From Neodothiora populina (taxonomy: Eukaryota), in the NCBI RefSeq assembly GCF_041146345.1, contig NW_027191404.1, positions 372,001-436,000 of the forward strand: a stretch of 64,000 bases of DNA, given 5' to 3'. The position numbers and the translations under genes were made by a program. Each line of letters opens with the position of its first letter. The first letter of the stretch is position 1. This document shows positions 10,561 to 22,203 of this stretch, in pieces. Below the pieces are notes generated by a model, which did not search any database, was not told the DNA's origin, and saw only the letters and a list, made by a program, of their open reading frames with translations.

Positions 10561-12048
10561 TCATGAGTCGTATATGCATCTCTTCCTGCCTTGGAGGACT
10601 CTTGCCAGCGTATCGCCTACCAAAAGCGCCAGCTCCGCCGAGAAGAAAGCCACCCCTAATTCTTGGCTTGTGTACCAACTGGCACGGTCGAGGTTGCCAC
10701 TTCCTAGAACCACCAACTCGTCATCCACGACGGTACATTTGAGGTGGCTCTGCACTGGCTCTGCTGATGCTGTCACACTACGCTGGCCCTGATCTTGGTC
10801 GCTGACTGCGCCTGAACTAGTATTGCGCCAGGGTTCGTAGAACTCTACTTTCAGATGACCAACGCCTTGTGGCGCGCTTTCGATGTCTATTTTGCTGCTT
10901 TCTCGAAGCCTTGAATGAGCCCTGATGAGCGCCGCGATGCAGCGACTTGTGGTACTGCCTCCAGTGACCAGTTGCTCGAGTATCATTAGACGTGCACTCG
11001 TGACAATATGCACATGTAAATAAGGGTTCTTGTCCAAAGCTTCCAAGATAGCACTGAGGACGGGCGGAGATGTGATATTAGGTGTCTGAATATAGATGCT
11101 CGAGCGTGCCTCTGCGATGGCCAACAGGAGAAATGTGTTCAAAGGAGTCGGAGGCGCAGGCGCATAGTCCTGCCAGGGAAATCGAAAACGCGGGTTTATG
11201 TGATGTGGAGAGGGTAGGAAGATGGTCTTGACGTCTTTCAAGTCTAGCTGGCATGCGGCTGGCAAAGATCGATTCAGCATGGGCTCGTCTGATTCTTGAG
11301 ACGCCGGACTCGTATTGTCCTTGGCCTCAGACCTTTGCGCGCTGAGAAAAGGCTCTGATGATGATGTTTCAATGACCTCTTGGATAGGAAAATGGTAGGC
11401 CTTGTCCGCCGGAGTGGCCCACACTTGCGACCAGAAGTTCAGGAATTGCTCTACTACTGGACCTGTCATTCCCACACAACCCTCGAACCAATCCTCCCAG
11501 CTCACATTGCACGATGGTAGAAACACTTTCTTACGATCGCAGATGATGAATTTAGGGTGCATCACACAGAACGGCAAAAAGAAGATACTCTTGATTTCCA
11601 TGTCGAGACCAGGAAGGGTTTCCACTGACGGCAGGCCAAATTTCGATGGCCATGACGAAGGAGCATAGATTTGACCATTAGGAGAGAAAGTGTGGAAGAT
11701 CTTTTGCAGCAGGGACGACGAGGAGAAGTAGATTCTAACGCGAATTTTTCGGCCTTTTTGTTGCGCTTTGGCAGAGAGGTGGCACAGCACGTCGTTGAAG
11801 GTGTTGAGGGTTCTTGACCGCGCCCAGAAACACGTCACCAAGATTATCTCGCTGGATACTGACTCCAGCGCTGGTCGAATGGTTTTGTATATACCATATC
11901 CAGTACCGAAAGTGAGACTCGTGATGTTGCACGTCGTGGTTAGTGAGGTTGGAGTAGTTGCATAATAATTCGGATGGTCGGCTTGGTTATGTTCAGTCGA
12001 TCCAGAGAGATCTCTACACCATGATTGGAGAAGGCTCTCTTCTCTCAT
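10561..12048 (-). CDS. Phospholipase D/nuclease superfamily protein
   Basis: 495-aa ORF with two HxKxxxxD motifs (HPKFIICD, HLKCTVVD); the second is followed by GSGNLD. Confidence 0.85.
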   Translation of the reverse strand: MREESLLQSWCRDLSGSTEHNQADHPNYYATTPTSLTTTCNITSLTFGTGYGIYKTIRPALESVSSEIILVTCFWARSRTLNTFNDVLCHLSAKAQQKGRKIRVRIYFSSSSLLQKIFHTFSPNGQIYAPSSWPSKFGLPSVETLPGLDMEIKSIFFLPFCVMHPKFIICDRKKVFLPSCNVSWEDWFEGCVGMTGPVVEQFLNFWSQVWATPADKAYHFPIQEVIETSSSEPFLSAQRSEAKDNTSPASQESDEPMLNRSLPAACQLDLKDVKTIFLPSPHHINPRFRFPWQDYAPAPPTPLNTFLLLAIAEARSSIYIQTPNITSPPVLSAILEALDKNPYLHVHIVTSARLMILEQLVTGGSTTSRCIAALIRAHSRLRESSKIDIESAPQGVGHLKVEFYEPWRNTSSGAVSDQDQGQRSVTASAEPVQSHLKCTVVDDELVVLGSGNLDRASWYTSQELGVAFFSAELALLVGDTLARVLQGRKRCIYDS

Positions 12049-12568
12049 AGCTGTGTCTTATCGCAATACAGCCTGCGAGCCGGCTTACTGGATGCAGAAC
12101 TATGTCATAGTGGAAGAAGGAGGATGATACGAAGATAAAACAATAGCAGACGCCTGATTAGATAGGTAGGATCGCCTCACCACATGTCGTCTATCCAGAA
12201 AGACTAGCGGCTTGGCGACGAGCATCTAGTGATACTGTACAGCTAATATTCCAGCGACGACCCTACACTTCTTTCATTTCTTATCTCAACCCCTTAAGAT
12301 CCACTGTTGCTGGGTATATATCAGCAACATCGCCTTATCGAAGATTGTCAAGATCTGAAGTGCCTCCTGTAGTAGGGCGACGCTCTAGCTCTCGCTGCCA
12401 GTTCGAGCACCAGGGATCAGAGGCAAACTCTAAACCCCGACCAATAACAACCTCTCCTATCAGATACCTCAAGCAAATAACAGTCTTGTTTTCGTGCTCG
12501 TGCCATCTTCGCGATATGTAAGCAAGGCGGAGTCTGTAGGACATTGCATTCCGTGTCAATGTCAGACC

Positions 12569-14339
12569 ATGCAGCCATTTCGCTCTCCAAGACTTGGTCA
12601 GCTTTCATCGAACCGTCTAAGTCCTTGCCGTTCTTTCACCACGAGTCGTATAAGAGATCGATTCATCCCATGTTTGTTCACCTGATATATGGCATGCAGG
12701 AGGCTTTTGCTTACAGTGACCAGCTTTCGATCCTTACTCTTACACGCAAGGCCGATGGCTAGACCAAGACACGAAAAGACGAAATGCACGAAGGCTGCAT
12801 TTCGATTTCGACGCCTTGCTGAACTTGGCGATCAAAAGTAGCCCCGGCGCTCATGAAGTAGTGTCTTGCGAGAAGAGGGAAGGTGGTTTCAACCGTGTCT
12901 TCATCATCGAGCTGGATAATGAAGCGAAAGTCGTTGCAAAGTCGCCAACCCGCCTGGCAGGTGCTCCTGGTTTGACTATAAGCTCAGAAGTGGCAACCTT
13001 GCAATATGGTATTCAATCTACAAGATCCTAGGTAAAGGGAACGTTTTGCTGATTTTTCTGCAGTCAGAGAGCACACAGATGTACCTGTCCCCACACCTCT
13101 CGCGTGAAGTTCTACAACGGAGTTCAATCCTGTCGGAACCGAGTACATGGTCACGGACATGGTCTCTGGCGTTGCGCTCAAGGACGTCTGGACTCAAATG
13201 ACCGGGCTACAGTACATACAGTGCATTGAATCACTGGGTAAGATAGCGAGGGACTTGTGTAATCTTGAATTCTCGACGTTTGGCTCTCTCTATATGAACA
13301 CGTCAAAGAGGTCTGTCCGAACACTTCCACTTGACGGAAAGTACTCCATTGGACCTCATTGTGGCCGGCATCACTGGGGTCACAGGTTAGACGAGTCAGG
13401 CGCAGTGAGGATGCCCAAAGGACTTCAGGGGCCTTGTAAGTGTATCCATCTACAGTCACCGATCGCTAAAACTAACACTCGAAAGGGAAAAGGACATTTA
13501 CATATCTTGCTACCCTTGAAAGCATTGCGAGATCAGCCGTTTCGGGCGATAAAGCTCGGCAGACATCGGTCGACAATCATCTGCAGCTTCTGGACGTGAA
13601 CCGAGGCATACTAGGGGCCATCACAGATTTGCAGGTCGTTCGGGATGCTTCTAGGCCTGTCTTATTCCACCCTGACTTTCACGCCCGCAACATCTTTGTG
13701 TCAGCTGACGAACCTACACAGATCACAGGCATCATTGATTGGCAGTCTGCAGCAGTCGAGCCAGCCTACGTCTACGCTGCAGAAACACCCGACTTTGCAG
13801 AGGAATTGTTTTTTGACGAAACGCTAGACGCAGAGCATGGTGCTGATATGGATGCGGCGCATGCTGATACCCAGAGCTGCAACCAAGCCTGGATAGTCAT
13901 GAGCTTTCTTTGTCCCAAGCTAGGCAAAGCCGTGAACCTAGATCCTGTTCTTCTGCAGTACCTCGCTAGTATACATTCCGGCGACCTAGACAACAACGTG
14001 TCTCTTTGCTCGGAACTTACAGATATAAGCCAGAGATGGACGACACTCGGCCTGCCAGGCGATAGCCCCTACAAGCCGAGCCAAGAGGACGCCGAGGCCC
14101 TGGAAACAGAGCTAGATGAGCTTTATTCCACGCAGAGGCTGAAATTGTACCTGGCACGCCTACTTCGCTGCCAGACGGACGGCTGGGTCGAGACGGAGAA
14201 ATGGGAAGAAGTCGTGCCGATATATCGAGCCGAGTATGAGGCTTTCGTCAGGTCTTGTAACGAGAGTCGGGACGAGGGCGAGAGTGAAAGCAATGCTGTG
14301 GCGACGGCGGAGCGGCTGTGGCCGCTTAATATGCGTTGA
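12569..14339 (+). pseudogene. AIM9-like / APH-family phosphotransferase with predicted mitochondrial presequence and one in-frame TGA
   Basis: ATG 12569 (MQPFRSPRLGQLSSNRLSPCRSFTTSR). Introns about 12672-12723, 13009-13063, 13436-13485. Motifs YTQGRWL, EGGFNRVF, SEVATLQY, VPVP, NPVGTEY, LFHPDFHARNIFV, IIDWQ. In-frame TGA at 13105-13107. Confidence 0.8.
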
Positions 14340-14958
14340 TTTGTTTTGATTGCGACGAAACATAGACTCGGTGCACAAGTAGCATTGACGTGAAATGCGG
14401 CTTGTAATGTTGTGGTCGCTATGCTAGGTTGAAGGCCAGGCTTTGAATTCCAGACTTCGGAACCCTCTGGGGTCGTACTTGAGGTTGGACTCGAGATTGG
14501 ACTAAGCCTGAACCTGATTATGAACCTGAGAATGAACCCACAGCCAGATCCCGGATTGGACCTTCCAGCTCTGGACCTAAAGTCAAACCCCACATCGAAC
14601 ATCTCACAGATGGGTTCGATCCTGGGTAATGCAACCTAGGGTACCCTAGGCTGTCTATAACTTCGAGATCCACGTGGGTCTTGCTGTGACAGGCGCTCCT
14701 TCCCCGTCCTCCAACCTGGAACAGGAAATCTCAATTTTCCTCTTCGACTTCTGATTTGACTCCGATTTGATTTTGTGTGTTCTTTTGAATTCGACGTTTC
14801 AAAATAGAGTGAATATTCGTACAGAGAAACGGTGAAAAAAGTGCTAAAGTTACTGACAAAATGCAATATAGCGCGTACATTGACCTTATGTGATCCGGTC
14901 TTTTCTATAACTTTTTCCCTACAAAGACATCAAGAGTCCGACATGAAGAGTTTCACCC

Positions 14959-16204
14959 TCATCGCCTAGCAGCCTTCTGGCCCATCTCCTTCTTTCCCAT
15001 CTTTCCAGACGGCAGGGGGGCTTTGACACTAGCCATGACGGGCGCCTCGACCTTGGCGGCGTTGATGTTCCTGCTGAACTCGATGGCCTGGATACCATCG
15101 ATGAGACCAGCGACGGTCTCAGCCTGCTTGGCCTCTAGAGCGGCACGCGCCGCTCTCTTGTCCTCGAGCTCCTTCTTGCGCTCGACGGTCAACAGCCACT
15201 CGTCGGGGAACTGCAGCTTGGGCTTGGGCTTGTGGTGGCGGAAGTCAAAGGGCAGGTCGGCGAAGGTTTCCTTCGGGTCCTTGGCTTCTGTGATCAGCGA
15301 CTTGATCGTGTCGCCCAGGTAGCGCTTATTTTGGGCTTGGGTTTCGAATTCCTCGGCGGACATTTTGGCGATGCCTGTGTCCGGGTTGTAGCGCGGTCCG
15401 AGGAGCTTGATCAGTTTGTCTACTTGGGGACCTGAGAGAGAGAGGTCCTTGGGGTCGAATTCGACGACGACTTTGCGCGCGGCAGGGTGCTGTTCACCGA
15501 GGTAGGTCGTGTAGCGGAATCTGAGGGGTGTAGCGGCGGTCGGTTTCTCAAAGGCTTTGGCGAGGTCTGTTGGGTGTAGTGGTCAGTAAGCAGGCCTCTT
15601 TTTTCTTATTGTAACAGGAAAAACACATACGAGCAAGCAAAGGCATCTCCCACGCAGCATTGCGGGCGTATTCCCGAATCTCCCTCGTCTGCTCGAGTTC
15701 TCCATGCGCAGTACTGCTGATATCGTCGCCCTTGAAGTCGTCGTCGGGGCCGATATCCTCCTTTTCACCCATATTGAAGAAGCCATCGCTCCTGTACTCT
15801 CTCTCCTCGAGCGGATCAGGAAAGCTCTCTTCAATCTCATGCAATGCGTTGCGGATGGACTCGTCCATCTCCCGGTGTGTTCGGCTGCCGGGGCCGAGCT
15901 CCTCGCGCATGATCTTGCCCACGCGCTCCATGTCTTTCCTGACCTCGGGCGAGCTGGTTTGGTACTTGAGGCGGTCGGCGCGGTTCAGTCTGCGCCAGAA
16001 GTGGCTGTTGAAGTGGGGTGCGTTGCCGTCCTCGCCGTCGCCGCCTGACTCTGTCTGCTTGTCTTCTGCGTTGCGGGTCATGGGGCTCGTCGAGAGACAT
16101 CTTTTTGTTGCTGTTGCCGTCTGTCGTAGCGAAAGCCATTGTGTGCGATGTGATGAGAGGTGCTGTCGTGCCTGGCGGCAGACCTGCCGTGCTGCTGTCG
16201 CCAT
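14959..16204 (-). CDS. RSM24: Mitochondrial small ribosomal subunit protein mS35 (Rsm24)
   Basis: Arg-rich presequence; DDISSTAHGELEQTREIREYARNAAWEMPLL; one intron (about 15567-15630); PLRFRYTTYLGEQHPAARKVVV and KLIKLLGPRYNP motifs. Confidence 0.9.
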
Positions 16205-16496
16205 TACTTGCTTGGTTGTCGTGGTTGCTGTCTGAGGTATTGCTCCATACAGAATCAAGATCTTGGGATTAATCTTCCTGGTCGCATCATCTTCGGCGCT
16301 TTGCGGAGTCGTACTGGCACCTCCGAGCCTGTAGAGGCTTGGCGTTCTGAGTGTCTAAGGTACTGTACTTGTACCTAGACTTGGCATTGTCGTCGTCTCT
16401 TTGTACAAGGTACTACAATGGTAACAGTAGGCAGTATTCCAACCCAAGTAGACAACTCGACTCTTCATTACAAGCACCTTCACCCATCATCATACT

Positions 16497-18349
16497 CTAT
16501 AATACAAAATTCCACTCATAGCAATCCACGCACTCCTCGTCCACCACACACTCCGGCACCTTCTGATACTGCTCCAGCACATAATCTATGACGTTCAATA
16601 TGCGATGGTTCTCAATACTCACCCTCCAGCCCAGATCGCTGACGGTGTCGTACACGCATCGCCGACCGGTGTGACACTGGCTCTGCATCGCGTACCCGCC
16701 TAGTGTGCATGCCGAGTTCCATGCGTTGCAGGAGCCCATGAAGACGGGGTCTGCGGTGTTTCCGAAGTGGTAGGTGGGTGGTGATGCTGAGCTCCCTCTC
16801 GTTCTTCTAGTCCCAGGTGAAGAGGAGAAATTGCCTTGATTCGGTGGCACGAATAGTCCCAGCCTGCTTGCCGCTAGAGCGTCCGGAAAGGCCTCGAACG
16901 TCAGAGTAGGTAGACCAAACGTGTGCCCTAGCAGACTCGCCACGACGCCTCCCAGGGAGTGGCCTGTGAGCCATATGTCGGTTGCATTGGGGAATGCAAG
17001 GCTGATGCTATGGTACATGTCGATGGCCGCGCCGTAGTAGCGGTCGCGCTCGCTTAGTTCGGTGGCTAGGCAGCTGCTGTTGCATGTGTAGGGAAGACCG
17101 GCTGAGGGCGAGGCGCAGCTGCAGACTTGGTGCCAGAAGTACTGTCCGCCTTGGCCGCAGCAGCATGAGGCTAGGAGATTGTCGTTGAGTAGATCTCTTG
17201 GTACGGTGTTCGGCGGTGTTGTCTTCATGTCTTGTTTGTTTTCATGTGGATTGCCGAAGTTGAGATCGAGGTAGCGAGAGAATGCTAACAGAAGTGAGAG
17301 TGTAAGTGTAAGATTCCAAGGACTAACCAAACATGAAGCAGTGAAGTGCTTCAATATGTTCATGTTCTTCTCGATCCTCTCTCCTATTTATCTCCCAGCT
17401 TCTTGCCTCTTCGCCTTCCATCCTCAGTCTCATCACGAAAACGCACACCAAGGGGTGCAAGTCACAAATATCACAAATCCACTTACATGTTCCCTTAATA
17501 CCAATGACTACCGTGGTATTATCCTCGTCTGCAAACACATGGCCTCGAATGCCATCCGAGTCCCACCCAAAAGGCAGTGACGCATTCAGGTTCGTCTCAT
17601 TGACCTTTCCGTCTTGTTATAATCAAAGAATGTCCGTGTCTTGCACAATACTAGTATTCGCAGATGGACGGTGAAATAGAAGAGGAACGTGCAAGAGTAG
17701 AACGAAAGAAGAGGATGTGGTCTTTTGCAGGGACAAGGGAAGAAAGTGATCTAAAGTGACAGAAGAAGAACTTACATCCTTCCACTCCCCGGTCCCAGGC
17801 ATCCAGATATACGCATCAGCAGCCATCTTGGCGAAGTTGATCACAGTCTGCTTGTCGGTGACATCTGGCGCTTTCATCACCACATCATCTACCGTTGAGT
17901 CCACAACTCCTTCGTCTACGTCCTTTGACGCCGTTACGGAAATCAGTCTCTGCTTGATAGCGAATGGACGGCTGCTAGACTCCGTACGCCGCACTGGGCC
18001 TTCTTCTCGAGAAAGATTCATGTCTGAGCCGGGACCTGCACTTTGAGGTACTTCCATCATGACATGTAATGAAGGAAATTCATGAGTGCCGCGGTGGTGA
18101 ATACTGCGTAATGTCTAAACAGTACATTGAGGAATCAGATTCTCCTGTTCTATATCTTATTCCCAAGTCATGGACATGACTTACGAATACGCGCTCGGAT
18201 TGCGAGACAGAGTCCGTGGTTTTGTCAACTGTCTGGAGCGAGAGAGGCTGTTGTTGACGTTGTAATGAGTCGTGTTGTTGCGCATGCGCGGTCGTCGCTG
18301 TTGAAATCGTACAGATACATGACAGGAACACGAAGATCCCTGCCCGCAT
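16497..18349 (-). CDS. ATG15: Atg15-like lipase (lipase class 3)
   Basis: Hydrophobic N-terminus; three GTAAGT introns; [37 protein letters not shown] nucleophile elbow, [18 protein letters not shown]. Confidence 0.85.
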
Positions 18350-18773
18350 TGGATGGGGATATGCGCAATTAGAACTTTCTTGATAGGGTCGAGAGTGTGC
18401 GGGGTCTACATGTACATTAGAGAGTGGGTGTCGCCATAAGGTCGATATATAGGCGAGGTAGTTGTACGATAAAGTACCTTAGCATATCGCGGGGTTCGGG
18501 AGTGTATCGTGGAGATATACTACGGTACCTTACTCTGTTATTGCGGGATGCAGTATAATCATAGGCAGCCATCTCAATGTGCTCTTTGGCTTCTTCGGGG
18601 AAGGACCATCCACCATCTGCGACTTCACATGATAGTACACGAGATTGAGATATGTTCAGTGGAAACTAAGAATACTATGGAAGTTCTCATTTAGGCACCT
18701 CGTATACAAATGGGTATCTATTTTCGCTATTTGATGCATCGCCGTCGTGATCTTTCGATACAGCCACATGTCC

Positions 18774-21316
18774 TTAACCATACTGCGTGCGAAGCCACTC
18801 GATCCACACGCCCAGATCGCCCGTCACTTCCAGAGCGCGACCCATTCTCCTAATATGCTTCTGCACTTTGTCTTGTTGGCCCGCATTTTCAAGCTTGTCG
18901 CCGCCGTCGCCTCGATCCGACTTTTTCTCGCTTCTGACAAGATTCTGGCCCAGCACTGTGATCTCTCCATCGGCCAAGACGGACACGCTGATGCTGGCAA
19001 GACCAGATTCGAGATTTGACATGGGGAACACAATGTCCAGAGCGGGCGACGGGCTGGTCACGAGTGAAATGTCGATTGGCAGCACACCTTCATTGCCGTT
19101 CACTAAGTGGGTGCTTTTCTTGACTGTAGTGGTGTCATTGCTCGCATCATCCATTTCTAGGTCTCCATCGTTGTCCTCGGGAGATGATGGAGGCGGCGTG
19201 AGCAACTCAGCAAGCGTGAACATTTTTCGTGTCGTATTCTTCTTGTTCTCTGCCTGTTTTGTGTCACTTGCCTGCTGTGAAACTGGTGTTGTACTTTCAT
19301 GAGAGGACGTTGCCCCGCTCACTTCAGGCGTCCTCGGCAAAAACGATTTCTGCAGCAAAGATCCGACGAATGCCCATTGCCGAAGGACTGGAAGCGCTTG
19401 GATGATCTGTCTAGGGTGGGCGAACGGAATACTCCTGAGGACATATCCATACTCTTGCTTCGGTACCCAGAGCTCCACCTTCTGTGTGACCTCGCCACCC
19501 TGGTCCTTTTGTGATACTGAACTTTCGGCGCTAGCCACAGCTGCCACACCGCCCAAGGTACTAAGCGAATTACTAGGTTGGGTACCTGGGGCAGATGTTG
19601 AGGTAAAGGCTGGTGCAGCGCGAGCGAGTAAGATCGATGTATACGTATGGAGGATGTCGACGTCGCTACCGGCTTGAGCGCCCACTGATTGAAGGATGCT
19701 GTTGGCTACGTTCCAAGGCATAGCCAATGGAGGATCCAAGATTGCTGCAAATCGAGCATTCGGGAGCTTCTGCTTTTGCTCCCCGTGCTGCTGCGGTTGG
19801 CCACTGGTCTGCGTTTGAGCATCGTCGGCAGAGTCCAGGTACGTCGCAGGTGGGTCTTGCCAGTCTATGCTTGGACTACCGCTCAGTATTGCGGTTGGCG
19901 AGGTGGTTTCAGCAGAAGGTACATAAACGCGGTCGCTTATCCAGGCGCTAGTCGAACGTAATGAAGGATATTGGCTGGGGTCACTGGCTTCGACAATTAC
20001 CTGGAGTGCATATGTGTCGGTATGGTCCTCCTCGACATCGTCCTTGGTGACGTCGGAGTTTTGATTTTTTGACGCTTTAGTATCGGCGGTGTTGCCTCTG
20101 TTTCTGGACAGATGACGGTCATCCATCCAGTATTCTACGGTCATGCCAATCTTGCGGCGGGCATGCATCCTCGGTCGCCCACTCCTTCTGCAGGTAATCT
20201 CCTTGTCTGCCAGATCGTTCTTCGTCGACGCCTCTCTTGCTTCGAACAATGCGAGGGCGGCTTTCTTCTCCTCTTCGTACAGTCTCTCGAGGGCACTGTA
20301 AACACCGGTAATGGCTTCGAAACAGTTCAGCTGACCTGCCACGCTGAGCTTATCGAGCTTGGCAATAGTCTCAAGATTCGCAGCGAAACGATCGAGTGAG
20401 GTGTTGATAGCAGCCACACCAGAGGGAGAGGCCAAATCGCGCATCAGCACTCTTCCTGCTGCTTCCTGATGCGCGGTCACTGCCGGGTCCTCGCTGAAGA
20501 AAGACACATCGATCTGCGTGGGAAGGTTGTGCTTGAAAGCGATCTGTATAAAGGATCAGTAAAGTGTAAGATGTAGATCAGTCCATGCGCACTCACATCG
20601 ATCATGACAGCAGCCTTACCCGCTATCGTCAGAGCTCGGTTGCCCTCGAATTTCTTGTCCTTGCTTTCGCTTTCGATGTCCATGCCCACCCAGCATCCTA
20701 CTCTCCTCACCCCCTCCTCGCTCACTCTGCCCATTCTGGTCGCGCGCCTGGTGTCATCCCTGCCTCGACTGCGCCCATGCAGCTTCGCAAGAACACTCTC
20801 TATTTTCGCCCTGCGCTCCTCGTCTTCGTTGCCCTTCCTAGAACTCATCCCCATATCCGAGAAGCTGATGTTCATTGCATGTGAGCCTTCAGTGCCCAGC
20901 AGCGCACCAGGCGTGCCGATATCAAGACCTGCTAGACCCGCAGGACTTGTGAATGAGAGCAGGTTCGCCGGGCTGGCGCCTACCAGACTGCTCCCAGTGC
21001 CTGACACACCCAGCCCGATACCGCCGCTGCTGCCACCAGTGCCTCCATGAGATGTGTTGCTGATTTGACTCAAGCTTGGAACCATGGCAGCGCCGCCCTG
21101 GGAAGAGGGGGTTTGCTTGCCAGCTGCATGTTGAGGTGTACCCGTGAAGGACGTTGAGTGTTTTGTCGCGACTCCATTCGCAGTGCCTGGACGAGGGATT
21201 GCCGGGGATGGAATACTGCGAGGTGTTGTTGTCGTGATATGATGGGCCGGAGTTGACACGGCATGCGCAGCGTATGACTGAGGATGTTTATTCGAATACT
21301 GATTAGGAGTCGTCAT
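18774..21316 (-). CDS. MED1: Mediator of RNA polymerase II transcription subunit 1
   Basis: Low-complexity N-terminus; GRVSEEGVRRV; one intron near 20546-20595; FAANLETIAKLDKLS, LNCFEAITGVYSAL, GRPRMHARRKIG, IPFAHPRQI, ALEVTGDLGVWIEW. Confidence 0.85.
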
Positions 21317-21626
21317 TGCTGCCTTTCCGTTCTATTATTTGAGCTGCTGACTCGCTCTGTCTTTTCTTCCAGACGACTGTATCGTTACTTGCATCACCCG
21401 TGTAGTAGAAAGAGAAACAATCGGTGAGTCGTGATTGTGTATGTCATGGACCGAGGTGACACTAATTTCAGTAGTCCATAAACAACGACGGAGTGTATGG
21501 TATAAAAAATACTCCGCAGTCGGAAGGATGATAGATGCCTCACTGAATCTACGGCGGCTCTCCCTTGCATGTGAGATCAACAGCGCTTGAGCCCGCCAAT
21601 CGATAAAACACTATGAACACTTGAGT

Positions 21627-21639
21627 CCAATCACGTGAT
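21627..21639. promoter_or_regulatory. CCAAT overlapping the palindromic E-box ATCACGTGAT, upstream of MED1
   Basis: Sequence ccaatcacgtgat about 310 bp upstream of the MED1 ATG; bHLH-type consensus. Function inferred only. Confidence 0.3.
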
Positions 21640-22203
21640 GCGCATATCACAACGGCTAAGTCCTCACATGCATGGATCGGCGTTCGTGCGATACGAAGGT
21701 TTACAGATGTAAACACGGGGTAGTGCTAGGTTCGTGCAGTTCACATGGGTAGCTCGAGATAAGGCGAGGTGCAGCAAGGCAAGCTATCTACCTTGCACAG
21801 GATAAACACCCAGTCAAAGCATGTGAGTGCAGATCACGACAGATGAGCCCATAACTATCACATGCGAGTGTAGGCCATGTCGGATTGAGCAGAAGGTAAA
21901 GAAAATCGTCATTGCACGAGGTACGGAGTACATATGATAAGGCCGCTAGGAGGCCATGTCTCCAAGCACCGAATACCAAATTCTCCTTCGTCTTGATCGA
22001 CTCGAAGAAAGGGCGACAAACCCGTGCCTCCCGTCATCGGTCATCAGTATAGTATGTGTTTTGTGATTACGCATCGTTTAGTCCTCCTCCACCTTCCACA
22101 TCTCAGCATCCAGAGTTCGTCGATATTTGGTTCAAGTTCATCTCCCATCTCGCCCGTGGTATCGCACGGTGTGTATTATTCGGCCGTCAGTCGAGCACTT
22201 CGT

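Noticed and set aside
1..14339. Starship or other large mobile element carrying the accessory block
   Set aside because: No tyrosine recombinase, transposase or boundary repeats recognised in the window; cannot be excluded beyond the left edge.
14605..14636. GGGTTCGATCC resembling a tRNA T-loop/B-box
   Set aside because: No paired T-stem, acceptor stem, D-arm or anticodon arm could be built.
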